Positions 1-10,035 of a stretch of 64,000 nucleotides of DNA are shown piece by piece. The DNA is from an uncultured delta proteobacterium (GTDB lineage: Bacteria > Desulfobacterota > Desulfobacteria > Desulfobacterales > Desulfosalsimonadaceae): NCBI GenBank assembly GCA_963826785.1, contig CAWGYD010000003.1, positions 288,001-352,000 on the forward strand. The letters are read 5' to 3'. Position 1 is the first letter of the stretch. Each line of letters starts with the position of its first letter. The position numbers were made by a program, and so were the translations under genes. The notes beneath the pieces were generated by a model. The model saw only the letters and a list, made by a program, of their open reading frames with translations. It did not search any database and was not told the origin of the DNA.

Positions 1-946
1 GGCCCGCAATGTGAAGCTCCCTGGCCAGATCATAGAGTTCTTTTTTGTTCTTGTGCGCAAGCGATTCACCCGATTCCCGCACGCGGTCCGAACCATTGGC
101 CGATTCGGGTACTTTTTCGTCTTCACTGCTTTCTTCCTCCTGCAGCGAGCGCTTGAGCACCGCCATCAGATCGATGACATTGCTCTGCTGCTCAGTCTCT
201 TCCTGCCCGGCCGCAGCAGGCAAAGCGCCCTCGCCGGCCGCCTGCTTTTGCGCCACCAGCGTCTCCAGCCGCGCAGCTTCTTCATCGGCAAGCGCTTCCA
301 TGTCCAGGCCATCGGATCGGGCGGCGCGGATGGCTTCAGTCATGGCCTTGAGCGTCTCTTCCGGCACATCGGCTTTAATGCATCGGCGAGCCCGACTTCC
401 TCCACCGGGCGGATCTCTTCGGCAAATCGAAGGGTTTGCGGCCCGCAGGAGTCCATTTTCCGAAAGGATCGCCACCAGGTATTCCTTTCCCCGCATCACG
501 AAAGTGGCGATGCCGGCGCGCCCGGTTTTTTCCATGGTTTCGGCCAGCAGCTTGTAAGGTTTTTTGGAGTCGCCCGTGGGCACCAGGAAGTAGGCCCGGT
601 CGAACATGACCGGATCGATCCGGCCCGCCGGTACGAACAGGCGCAGGTCGATCTCCCGGCTCTTTTCCGGCTGCAGGGCGTCAAGCTCTTCGTCGGTGAC
701 GGTGATGAACCGGCCCTTTTCGATTTCATATCCCCGGATGATTTCTTCCGGTGCAACGGGCCGGTCTTCTCTGGGACAATAATACCGGCGGGAAAGCGGG
801 GTTCCGTCCGGAGCCAGCATCCGCAGCCGCACGCCCCGGGAGCGGCTTCCCGCCAGGAGCGCCACCGGTATGCTGACCAGTCCGAAGGTGATGCTGCCGG
901 ACCAGAAGGCGCTGCGCTTGATCTGCCGGTCATGCGGTTCAGGCAT
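1..946 (-). CDS. ku: Ku DNA end-binding protein (NHEJ) with C-terminal Rho_N-like helical tail; runs off the window edge
   Basis: Manual translation from ATG 946: MPEPHDRQIKRSAFWSGSITFGLVSIPV...IIRGYEIEKGRFITVTDEELDALQPEKSREIDL...DRAYFL...NVIDLMAVLKRSL...KKELYDLARELHIAG. Not in the ORF track because it has no stop in the window. Two compensating indels near 375-440 scramble the TLRFAEEIR motif. Confidence 0.9.
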   Translation of the reverse strand, partial: MPEPHDRQIKRSAFWSGSITFGLVSIPVALLAGSRSRGVRLRMLAPDGTPLSRRYYCPREDRPVAPEEIIRGYEIEKGRFITVTDEELDALQPEKSREIDLRLFVPAGRIDPVMFDRAYFLVPTGDSKKPYKLLAETMEKTGRAGIATFVMRGKEYLVAILSENGLLRAANPSICRRDPPGGGSRARRCIKADVPEETLKAMTEAIRAARSDGLDMEALADEEAARLETLVAQKQAAGEGALPAAAGQEETEQQSNVIDLMAVLKRSLQEEESSEDEKVPESANGSDRVRESGESLAHKNKKELYDLARELHIAG

Positions 947-1727
947 GTCTGCGCACTCCTTTCGTCCGCTCGAGGCTCTTTTGAAGCATATCGGCCAGGG
1001 ACGCGGCCGCAGGCTTCGGCGCCTCGGGCTTCCGGAAAGGGATGGTCCTGCCGCCGGCCTTGGCCCGGATCATCGCCATGACCTGCTCCCGGTATTCGCT
1101 GCGATATGCCGCCGGCTCGAATTCACCCTCCAGGGCGCCCACCAGCTGCTCTGCCATTTTCAGTTCCTGCGGGGAAAGGTCCCGGGTCTCTGGCCGGGGG
1201 ATGACCGAGGCATCCACGACCTCTTCGGCATGGCGCAGGGTAATCATCCGGAGAAATCCGTTCTGTGCCCCCAACGCGCCGATATAGCGCTTTTTTCGCA
1301 TGGTCCACCGGCAAACCCCCTCTTTATTTTCCTGCGCCAATGCCCGGGCCAGCGCAAAATAGAGATCCGTTTGCCCGTCCGGCCCCATGTAGTAGGGCCG
1401 GTCATACCACTGGTGATTGATCACGGCGGGTTGGACAAACCGGGTAATTTCGATATCCCGGGAAGCTTCGGGTGAAAGCGACTCGAGTTCCGCATCCGAC
1501 AGCATGATGATCTGTCCATCCCCGGTCTCCGCCCCCCGGCGAACCTGATCCGCCGGGACCGGTTTTCCGGTTTCGGAATGAACCATCTTCTGCTCCACCG
1601 GCGTCAGGTCCGTTTCGTGAAGCAGACGGAAATGGATGTTTTTATCCAATATTGCCGAATAGAACTTCACCGGAACCGACATACCGCCGATGCGGATATT
1701 GCCTTTCCATATGGCCCGGGCCGTCAT
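939..1727 (-). CDS. ku: Ku DNA end-binding protein (NHEJ), second copy
   Basis: MTARAIWKGNIRIGGMSVPVKFYSA...SRDIEITRFV...YDRPYY...LADMLQKSL. Start placed at ATG 1727 after AAGGGGA; stop overlaps the start of the next Ku. Confidence 0.93.
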   Translation of the reverse strand: MTARAIWKGNIRIGGMSVPVKFYSAILDKNIHFRLLHETDLTPVEQKMVHSETGKPVPADQVRRGAETGDGQIIMLSDAELESLSPEASRDIEITRFVQPAVINHQWYDRPYYMGPDGQTDLYFALARALAQENKEGVCRWTMRKKRYIGALGAQNGFLRMITLRHAEEVVDASVIPRPETRDLSPQELKMAEQLVGALEGEFEPAAYRSEYREQVMAMIRAKAGGRTIPFRKPEAPKPAAASLADMLQKSLERTKGVRRHA

Positions 1728-1847
1728 GACCGGATCCCCTTTTGACATGTTTTCAAGACAATTCACCCATCCCCAAGTGACGGTTTTGATGCCATATATA
1801 AAAATAAAACCGGCATGCGGATTGGCAAATCGAAGATCGAGCGGGCA

Positions 1848-1896
1848 GCGGGCAAAAAAACGGCCGGGCTTTCCTGCCCGGCCGTTTTCTGCCCGC
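1848..1896 (-). terminator. Intrinsic terminator after the Gln-rich gene
   Basis: Minus strand reads CGGCCGGGC-AGGAAA-GCCCGGCCG followed by a T7 run. Confidence 0.75.
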
Positions 1897-1962
1897 CTCA
1901 GTTCTTCTTTCAGACACACGAATTGAGGCGTTAGTCTTTTTTAAGCGATCAAACCCGGGAAT

Positions 1963-3478
1963 CTATATTCCCGAACCCGAATCCGAACTCTGACCCTGAC
2001 TGCCGGTATGATCCGGCGAATTCATCTGATCCTTCTGACTCTGACCGGACGGCTGATCCTGCTGCGTGTCCATGCCCGGCTGGGTCGACTGCTGCTGATT
2101 TTTCTGATTCTGCCGGGTGTCCATCCCCTGCTGACCCTGCTGGTCTGGCTGGGTGCCGTAATAGCCCCGGGTCTGGTCCTGGCTGCCGGTCTGGTCCTGC
2201 GGGTTCAATTGATCCTGGGTGTTCTGCGGGTTCTGCTCACTGGGCTGGGTCTCCATTCCCTGCTGGCCCTGATTCTGCTGGGTGTCCGTGCCCTGCTGGC
2301 CCGGCTGGGTGCCGTAATATCCGCGGTTCTGCTCCTGGGTCTGGTGTTCCCTGCTGACCCTGCTGCCCCTGGCTGATCATGTCCACATTGAGGCCGCCCA
2401 CCAGTTTATCGATGCTGCTGATGTTCAGGTTTCCAGTGGGCTCGAGGCCGTTGGCCTGCTGATAATTCATCAGCGCCTTGCTGGTGCGGGCGTCCCAGTT
2501 TCCCTGCACGTTCCCGCTTTCATAGCCGGCCTGGTTCAGGGCCTGCTGGATCTGACGAACGGTCGCCGGGCTGATGTACAGCGGTGCACCGCTGCCGGAT
2601 GCCTGCTCCTGCGTCCATTTCTGGCTGGCGGCGCCGCTCTGGGCCCCCTGCTGCTGGCCGCCGTAATATCCACGACCCTGCTGCGCCTGCTGATTTTGTG
2701 CGCCCTGCTGCGCCATCTGGCTTCCGGCCTGCTGACCCTGTCCGGTCAACCCGGCGATCAACTGGTTGAGCCCCAGGGAACTGACCAGCCGCAGATCGAC
2801 ATTTCCGGTGGGCTCAAGCCCCTGAGCCTGCTCATAATTCTTGATGGCCTTCCGGGTGCCCTGCCCCCATACGCCATCGATCTGCCCCGGGCTGTATCCT
2901 TTCTGATTCAGCTGCTGCTGAATCTGCCGCAAATTGGCGGGGCTGATATACAGGGGGGCACCTCCCCCTTTAACCGTTGTTTCCTGGGCCAGCCGCTGAC
3001 CGCTCTGCTGCTGCTGCCCGCCGCCGGAAAGCACCTGGGGCACACCCAGGCGCTCAATGGTCGTCAGGTTCAGTTTCCCGGTGGGCTCCAGATTGTTTGC
3101 TTTCTGAAAAGCCACAAGGGCCTGCTGGGTATTCTTGCCCCAGATCCCGTCGACGCTGCCCGCGCTGTATCCCGCGGAACTGAGTTTCTGCTGCACCACC
3201 CGAAGCGCCGCCGGGCCGATATAGAGCTGTGCACCCGGCCCTACCGCCTGCTCCTGGGTAATCCGCTGTGAAGCGATCTGGGACTGGGACTGCTGTGAAG
3301 CGCTCTTAGCCTGGCTTTGCTGGTTTGCGCTCTTAGCCTGACTCTGCTGGCCCATATCCTGAGACTGACCCTGGGGCTGCGCCTGCTGCACTGCGCTGAC
3401 TTGAAACACCCCCACACCCAGAACCATCAGCAGAGCGCATGTGATCCCGATGATGCTTCTAAAAGATATCTTATTCAT
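1963..3478 (-). CDS. Exported Gln-rich protein with three peptidoglycan-binding (PG_binding_1-like) domains; frameshift near 2345
   Basis: Signal peptide MNKISFRSIIGITCALLMVLGVG. Three repeats of Q..L...GY..G..DG.WG..T..A...Q...GLEPTG. ORF 2237..3610 joins ORF 1963..2256 across a 1-nt indel. RBS GGAGG at about 3484-3488. Confidence 0.85.
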
Positions 3479-3694
3479 CATTTCCTCCTGTCTGAATTCT
3501 TGGTTGATCAACTTGTTCCGGAATTTCCCAGTCGAGGTCTTCATACCTGGAAAAAACGGGCTACACGCTAAGACTAGCGGAGAACGGCTCTTTTCGACAA
3601 TACTGTCCATCCTTTACGGGCCACGAAAAAACAACCTGAATGCGCCGGGACAAAACCCTTCCGCAAGAAAAAAAATGATGTGTTCAGACCGGAT

Positions 3695-4366
3695 TCATCG
3701 GCCCAATTCATTGCCCGTCTGCATTCCGGACGGGTTCGGCTGCGTCAGTCCCTGGTTGTTCTGCTGGCCATAAGAATTCTGCTGACCATAACCCGGCTGG
3801 CCCGGTTGATTCGAATTCAATGAGTTCGGTGAACCATAGTATCCCCGGCCTTGATTCTGCCCGCCATAGACCCCCTGGTTTCCATTCGGGCTTTGCTGAT
3901 TGTAGAGTCCCTGCTGACCGTAGTCCTGCCCATATGGCCCCTGCTGCTCATATCCGGGTTGACCGGGCTGACCGTAATTGCGCTGGCCATATTCCTGCTG
4001 GCCATATATTCCCTGCTGGCTGTAGGGGCTCTGGCCGTATTCCTGTCCATACTGCCCCGACTGATTTCCATATCCCTGATTCAGGCCCTGCTGCCCGTTC
4101 ATGCCCGGCTGGCCCAACTGGGTCTGTCCGCCATAATCCTGGCCGTATGGGCTCTGCTGGCCGTAAAGCCCCTGTTGCCCGGATGGGCCGTACTGATTTT
4201 GACCCCCATAAGAGGGGGTCTGCATCCCATATCCCTGTCCATACTGGCTCTGGGTATTTCCGGAATAGGCCTGCTGGGCGCTGCTGCTTTTGCCCTGTAC
4301 CGCAATCATCAGAATGACAGCGCAAATCACTGCGCCGAATCGAAGTGCATATCTATTGTTTTTCAT
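3695..4366 (-). CDS. Exported low-complexity Gln/Gly/Tyr-rich protein
   Basis: Signal peptide [33 protein letters not shown], 19 YG dipeptides in a Q/G/N/S/P background. Confidence 0.8.
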   Translation of the reverse strand: MKNNRYALRFGAVICAVILMIAVQGKSSSAQQAYSGNTQSQYGQGYGMQTPSYGGQNQYGPSGQQGLYGQQSPYGQDYGGQTQLGQPGMNGQQGLNQGYGNQSGQYGQEYGQSPYSQQGIYGQQEYGQRNYGQPGQPGYEQQGPYGQDYGQQGLYNQQSPNGNQGVYGGQNQGRGYYGSPNSLNSNQPGQPGYGQQNSYGQQNNQGLTQPNPSGMQTGNELGR

Positions 4367-4863
4367 GATGGTGTCCTCTCGTTTTTAAGGTTTTATCGAT
4401 TCCAATCCATTTTATCTCTCTACGTGCCAGGCCCTCATATATGGACCGGCGGATTCTTTCCGGCCCATTGCGCAAAGTCTAAGTTCAGCGGGAGGCATGA
4501 CAATACATCAAATCCCGTAGATCCGATTGCACGCCTTTTGATATCGGTGAACGGGTCAGAAGGCGAAACGCCTTTTTTCCGTTTTGCCAACAGACTTATC
4601 CGCTTGGCTTTACGCGCAATCAGTTGCCATCGGGTTTCAAACGACAGATACGCCTCCCGCAGGCCCGGCAAGAAGAAAATACCGACTGCTCTGCTCCCAA
4701 ATACTTTACCGACCGTATTTATCCCTTGATGCCTTTCCCCTATTTTTTAGTAGCTGTCAGCGCTTTGCTTCAGCCGGAGACTGAAAAAAAAGCGGTTATA
4801 AACATGAAGCTGCCGGGCAAAACCAAAAAAAATGCCCGGAGTGGAAGGAACTTCAAGGCGGAA

Positions 4864-6599
4864 ATGAGAATCGAAATCGCAAAACATGCGGGTTTTTGCA
4901 TGGGCGTCAGACGGGCCGTGGAAATGGTCTTCGATGCCGCCGCTAAAGATCCGTTCACGCCGATTTATACATTCGGACCCCTGGTCCACAATCCCCAGGT
5001 TCTGGACCTGCTGGGCCAGAAGGGGATCGGTGTGCTCGACCAGGTCCCTGACTACGGGCGTGGAACGGTGCTGATACGGGCACACGGTGTCCGGCCCCAC
5101 ATAGAGAACAATCTGAAGGATGCGGGTTTTGACGTGATGGATGCCACCTGTCCGAAAGTTCTTAAAATCCAGCAGATTATCAGAACATATACCCGCAGGG
5201 GGTTTGCGGCTGTCATCGTGGGGGATGAACACCACCCGGAGGTGGTGGGGTTGCTGGGGTATGCCAACGGACAGGGGCACGTGGTCGGCAACGTCGATGA
5301 ATTCAAAGGGCTGCCGGAATTTGAAAATGCGGTGGTGGTCGCCCAGAGCACCCAGAACACGGCGCTTTTTGAACAGGTCCGGACGTGGACGGCGCAGAAC
5401 CACCCGCACTATAAAATATTTAACACCATATGCGACTCCACGGAGCGGCGGCAGGCGGAGCTCAAGCGCCTGGCCGGAGAAGTGGACGCGGTCATCGTGG
5501 TGGGAGGAAAAAACAGCGGGAATACCCGGCGGCTGGTGGAAATCGTCGAAGAGAGCGGAAAACCGGTATGCCATATCGAAGCGGAAACCGATCTGGGCTC
5601 CGCGGACCTGGACGTGCTGCGGTCTGCGAAAAACGTGGGGATTACCGCCGGCGCATCGACTCCCAACTGGGTGATCAAAAAGGTGTACCGTGCGCTCGAA
5701 GAGCTTCCCGATAAACCCAAGCCCAACCTGAAGCGCCTGCTGTTCAGGGCCCAGCGCATGCTCCTGCTCACCAACCTGTATGTTTCCATGGGCGCCGGAT
5801 GCCTCGCTTATGCGGCCACCAAACTGGCCGGGATGCAGGACAACCTCCTCTTTTTTTTCTGTCCATGTTCTACGTTCAATCCATGCACATCATCAATCAT
5901 CTGACCGGGCAGACCGCCCAGCAATACAATGATCCCGACCGGGCGGAATTCTATCTGGACCACCGTTACATTCTCGCCTCCATGGCCGCGATTTCCATGC
6001 TGGCGGGGATGGCGGTCGCCCTGGCCATCGGCAGATGGACATTCGGCATTTTTCTTCTCATGTCGCTGGTGGGCATCAGCTACAACTTCAAACTCGTTCC
6101 CATAGGGTTCAGGAAATCGAAATACCAGCGCATCCGGGATATTCCCGCCTCCAAAGTCTTTCTGGTAGCCATCGCCTGGGCCGTGCTGGCGGTCATCGTG
6201 CCGCCGATGTCCACGGAAAAGCACCTGGGATGGATGCACCTGATCCTCTTCTTGTGGGTGGGGGGGCTGGTATTCGCCCGGACGGCGTTTTTCGACATTC
6301 TCGACATGCAGGGTGACCGCATCGTCGGGAAGGAAACCATTGCATTGCTGCTGGGGGAAAAACGGCTGCTTCGCCTCCTGGAAACCCTGCTGGCAGGACT
6401 CATCGCCATGCTCGCGGCTGCGGCAGCCCTGCACCTGGTGCTGCCGGTGGGGTTCGGGATCATGCTGGGCCCGCTCTTTTTCCTCCTGCTGATGCAGGCA
6501 TACAAGAATGGCAATGTACTTCCGGGTGTCCGTCTGGAGTTTCTGGCAGATACCCATTTTATCGTGGCCGGGCTGATCGCATTTTTATGGCCATACTGA
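4864..6599 (+). CDS. ispH: 4-hydroxy-3-methylbut-2-enyl diphosphate reductase fused to a UbiA-like membrane domain; frameshift in the T run at about 5851-5858
   Basis: AGFCMGVRRA, GPLVHNPQV, IRAHG, DATCPKV, TICDST, TAGASTP motifs. The frame continues into a hydrophobic domain (ORF 5799..6599) with DILDMQGDRIVGKETI, a UbiA-like Asp-rich motif. Confidence 0.88.
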
Positions 6600-6682
6600 A
6601 GGTGCACAATGATGATCCTGACCGCAACAGAACCAAGGCCTGAATCCGGGTCGCAAAGCACACCACTTCCCAGGAGAATTTT

Positions 6683-7756
6683 ATGGAATCACCCCAAGAC
6701 AGAGCAGAACGTCTGAACTGGGAAAACGATATTCTGCAGAAAGTGTCCCGTTCCTTTGCGCTGACCATCCCGCAGCTTCCGGCCGGTCTGCGTGAAAGGG
6801 TGGCAAACGCCTACTTGATGTGCCGGATCATCGATACCATCGAAGATGAAAAAGGCCTTTCGCTCTCGGAAAAACGTGATTTTTTCGACCGGTTCATGGA
6901 GGTGATCGAAGGCAGGACCGCTGCCGGTGATTTTGTCGGGCATCTGCATCCCAGGCTGAACGGAAACACCCTGCCGGCGGAGAAGGAGCTGGTCTTCCGG
7001 ACCGGCGAGGTTCTGGACACATTTTTCGAATTCAGCCCGGCCCAGCAATCGATCATCAAAAGATGCCTCCGGATCATGGCGTCCGGGATGCTCCGCTTCC
7101 AGGAGATCCAAAGCCCCGACGGACTGAAGGATCTGACGCACCTCAATGGATACTGCTACCATGTGGCCGGGGTGGTGGGGGAGATGCTTACCGAACTTTT
7201 CTGTGATTATTCGGAAGAGATCGCCCAATACCGAAAACAGATGCTCGCCCGGGCGGCCTCCTTCGGCCAGGGCCTCCAAATGACCAATATCCTGAAAGAT
7301 CTCTGGGAAGACCGGGAGCGCGGCGCCTGCTGGCTGCCGAAGGATATTTTCAGAAAATCGGGATTCGATCTGGCCCGGCTGGATAAAGATCATTACACGG
7401 CGGAATTCGGCAGCGGCCTGGAAGAACTGATCGGAATCGCCCACCAGCACTTAAAGACCGCGCTTTCCTATACGATGTTCATTCCATCATCGGAAAAAGG
7501 CATCCGCAAGTTCTGCCTGTGGGCCATCGGCATGGCCATTCTGACGCTTCGCAATATCAACGATTGCAGAAGGTTTACCTGCGGAGAAGACGTCAAGATT
7601 TCACGTTCCGATGTCAAAGCCATTGTGGCCATCTGCAACATGACGCTCTGGAATGACTGGCTCCTGTGGGGATCCTACCGGATCGCCGCCAGGAAACTGC
7701 CCCTGAATCCGGATGAGCAGAACTTGAAAGGAGAACGAATTTGGGTATCCCCCTGA
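6683..7756 (+). CDS. Squalene/phytoene synthase (single-enzyme SQS type)
   Basis: VSRSFALTI, CRIIDTIED, YCYHVAGVVG, LQMTNILKDLWEDRERG motifs; hopanoid context. Confidence 0.9.
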   Translation: MESPQDRAERLNWENDILQKVSRSFALTIPQLPAGLRERVANAYLMCRIIDTIEDEKGLSLSEKRDFFDRFMEVIEGRTAAGDFVGHLHPRLNGNTLPAEKELVFRTGEVLDTFFEFSPAQQSIIKRCLRIMASGMLRFQEIQSPDGLKDLTHLNGYCYHVAGVVGEMLTELFCDYSEEIAQYRKQMLARAASFGQGLQMTNILKDLWEDRERGACWLPKDIFRKSGFDLARLDKDHYTAEFGSGLEELIGIAHQHLKTALSYTMFIPSSEKGIRKFCLWAIGMAILTLRNINDCRRFTCGEDVKISRSDVKAIVAICNMTLWNDWLLWGSYRIAARKLPLNPDEQNLKGERIWVSP

Positions 7757-8757
7757 GGCAGAAAGCCTATGTCAGTGCGATGATCATTCGACAGCTGCTG
7801 GCCGGCCATCGGAAATTTCCCCTGGTGCTGATGCTGGAGCCGCTGTTCCGCTGCAACCTGCGCTGCCGGGGCTGCGGCAAAATCAAGCGCGCCGGCGACA
7901 CAGTCGACCTGGATGTCGATGCCTGCCTGGCCGCAGCTGAGGAATGCGGGGCGCCGATTGTTTCCATCGCCGGGGGCGAGCCCCTGCTGCACCCGGATAT
8001 GCCCGCCATCGTCGATGGCCTGATCAAAAACCGGCGATTCGTCTATTTGTGCACCAATGCCCTGCTGCTGGAAAAACGGATGGATGAATTTCAGCCGTCC
8101 ACCTATTTTTCCTTCAATGTTCACCTGGACGGTCTCCGGAAGCACCACGATGGACTGGTGGGCCGGCAGGGTACGTTCGATCAGGCCGTATCCGCCATCA
8201 GGATGCTGACCCGAAAAGGCTTCCGGGTAACCACCAACACCACGCTCTTTCTGGATGTGTCCCCGGAAGAAACGGTCCGGTTCTTTGATTTCCTCACCGA
8301 ACTGGGGGTGGAGGGGATGACGGTGGCGCCGGGATTTAATTTTGAAACCGCCCTCGATCCCGATCATTTCCTGACCGACCGGGCCGAAACCCGGAAACGG
8401 TTTTCCGATATCTTCGCCATCGGGAAAAACCGGGGATGGAAATTCAACCACAGCAGCCTCTACCTCGATTTTCTGGCCGGCGGCCGGGAGTACCAGTGCA
8501 CCCCCTGGGGAAATCCCACCTACAACCACTTCGGATGGCAGCGGCCCTGCTACCTGCTGGATGACGGATATGCGACCAGCTTCGCGGACCTGATGGAGAA
8601 CACCGACTGGGAGGCCTACGGCGTGGGCCGGAACCCCAAATGCGGCGCCTGCATGGTCCACAGCGGTTTTGAAGCCAGTGCCGTGATGGACATGCTGCAA
8701 AATCCGCTCCAGTCACTGCGATTCCAAATGTCGAAACATGCTGAGGCGGGCCTGTGA
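7741..8757 (+). CDS. hpnH: Adenosyl-hopene transferase (radical SAM)
   Basis: FPLVLMLEPLFRCNLRCRGCGKI, CTPWGNPT, GWQRPCYLL, CMVHSGFE. Confidence 0.95.
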   Translation: MGIPLRQKAYVSAMIIRQLLAGHRKFPLVLMLEPLFRCNLRCRGCGKIKRAGDTVDLDVDACLAAAEECGAPIVSIAGGEPLLHPDMPAIVDGLIKNRRFVYLCTNALLLEKRMDEFQPSTYFSFNVHLDGLRKHHDGLVGRQGTFDQAVSAIRMLTRKGFRVTTNTTLFLDVSPEETVRFFDFLTELGVEGMTVAPGFNFETALDPDHFLTDRAETRKRFSDIFAIGKNRGWKFNHSSLYLDFLAGGREYQCTPWGNPTYNHFGWQRPCYLLDDGYATSFADLMENTDWEAYGVGRNPKCGACMVHSGFEASAVMDMLQNPLQSLRFQMSKHAEAGL

Positions 8758-8768
8758 CCGACCGCCGT

Positions 8769-9572
8769 TCATTGACCGTTAACGTTCGAACGCGCCTGCG
8801 ACGAACGGATCAGGTATGCGGGAAAGCCGCTGCGCGCCAGTGTCCTCCAGGCGTCCTGCAGGATTTGCAGGGACAGATGGTACTGGCGTCCCATGCGGAC
8901 CAGGTGAATCATAAGGGCCGGTTTGCGCGAAATGGCCCTGATCAATGCAGGATACCGAATGCGGCCGTTCGGGAGAAGGCATGCAAACACATCGGGCGGT
9001 ATGGATTGCGCGGCCGGGTCGCAGACAACGCGCAGCGCAAAGACGGGGATGTTCGCCTCGGCCGCGGCCTTGGCCACGGCCGCACTTTCCATGTCCACCG
9101 CCAGGGCGGCAGACTGCCGATGCAGGGCGGACTTGGAGGCGGCCGAAAGGGCGGGGCCTTGCGCGGTGATTACCGCACCGTTCCGGACGGAAAATCTGGC
9201 CGCAGAAAGCGTTTTTACCGCACGGGCGGATCCCTTTGCATGGGGATGGCAGATTTCCTGAAAAACGCCGCCATCGAGATGCAGGAACCGGTCGGCCGCG
9301 ACCAGGCCGCCACTTGAGATGCCCGGATCCAGGCCTCCGGAAACACCGATGCTGACCAGGGCGCCTGCCCCCTGTCCGATGAGCCGGCGGGCAGCGCAAA
9401 GGGCGTTGTCTAAGCCCATGCCGGAAATCATCGCCAGCAGGGGCGTCTGATCGTCGGCCATCGAGCGCTGGATGATAAATCCATGGTCATGGCGCCACCC
9501 CTTCCGGCCGAGCAGCCGGCGGCCTTCGGAAGAAAGGGCGGCCACCATGCCCAGAATCGGTTTTACGGGCAT
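8769..9572 (-). CDS. hpnG: Hopanoid-associated nucleosidase/phosphorylase
   Basis: SIGVSGGLDP, AVDMESAAVA, LRVVCDPA motifs of the PNP/MTA nucleosidase fold; lies between hpnH and shc. Confidence 0.8.
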   Translation of the reverse strand: MPVKPILGMVAALSSEGRRLLGRKGWRHDHGFIIQRSMADDQTPLLAMISGMGLDNALCAARRLIGQGAGALVSIGVSGGLDPGISSGGLVAADRFLHLDGGVFQEICHPHAKGSARAVKTLSAARFSVRNGAVITAQGPALSAASKSALHRQSAALAVDMESAAVAKAAAEANIPVFALRVVCDPAAQSIPPDVFACLLPNGRIRYPALIRAISRKPALMIHLVRMGRQYHLSLQILQDAWRTLARSGFPAYLIRSSQARSNVNGQ

Positions 9573-9822
9573 ATCCGGAGTTTTCTCTTCCTGAACGGGG
9601 TATATTGAATGCAAAATTGACGGTTCCGTCGAAAGCAAAATTTTAACGTAAAATGCACAAAGGGCACCAGGAATACTAAATGTAAAATAAGCATCATTTT
9701 AAATTCGTGCGCTTTGTGGCCTTCGTGGTTTTTAAATTTCGAAGACAATTTTAAAAAGCTCCCGATCCCATTGTGCGGTGTTTTTACAGGAAGGAACTTT
9801 TGAATCGTAATGGCCAGCGGTC

Positions 9823-9965
9823 CGACACCCCCCTTTTATTCCCCCCTCAAGGGGGGACTCCATTTTTTATTCCCTCCTCGAGGGGGGACTCCATTTTTTA
9901 TTCCCTCCTCGAGGGGGGACTCCTTTTTTTATTCCCCCCTGCGAGGGGGGACCAAGGGGGGTGTT
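9823..9965. repeat. CCCCCC-TYRA-GGGGGG palindrome cluster (about 4 tandem units of 30 bp)
   Basis: TTCCCCCCTCAAGGGGGGACTCCATTTTTTA-like units repeated upstream of shc. Confidence 0.85.
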
Positions 9966-10035
9966 GGACCTGCGGATAACAAAAAAAATGAAGTCACTCA
10001 ATCTGTTTGCCAATAGGAAAGGAAACAAAAAAGAT

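Noticed and set aside
11..1081. 356-aa + strand ORF and 496..933 minus ORF
   Set aside because: Shadow or alternative frames of the Ku gene that runs off the window edge.
1963..4366. RGYYG proteins as RiPP precursors for the nearby radical SAMs
   Set aside because: They carry Sec signals and wall-binding domains, no RRE or peptidase is evident, and the radical SAMs sit in a hopanoid context. Not excluded, but unsupported.
4440..4500. Possible c-di-GMP (GEMM) riboswitch suggested by GCAAAG...CTAAG
   Set aside because: The GNRA-capped P2 stem and element order are missing, and the strand does not fit the nearest gene.
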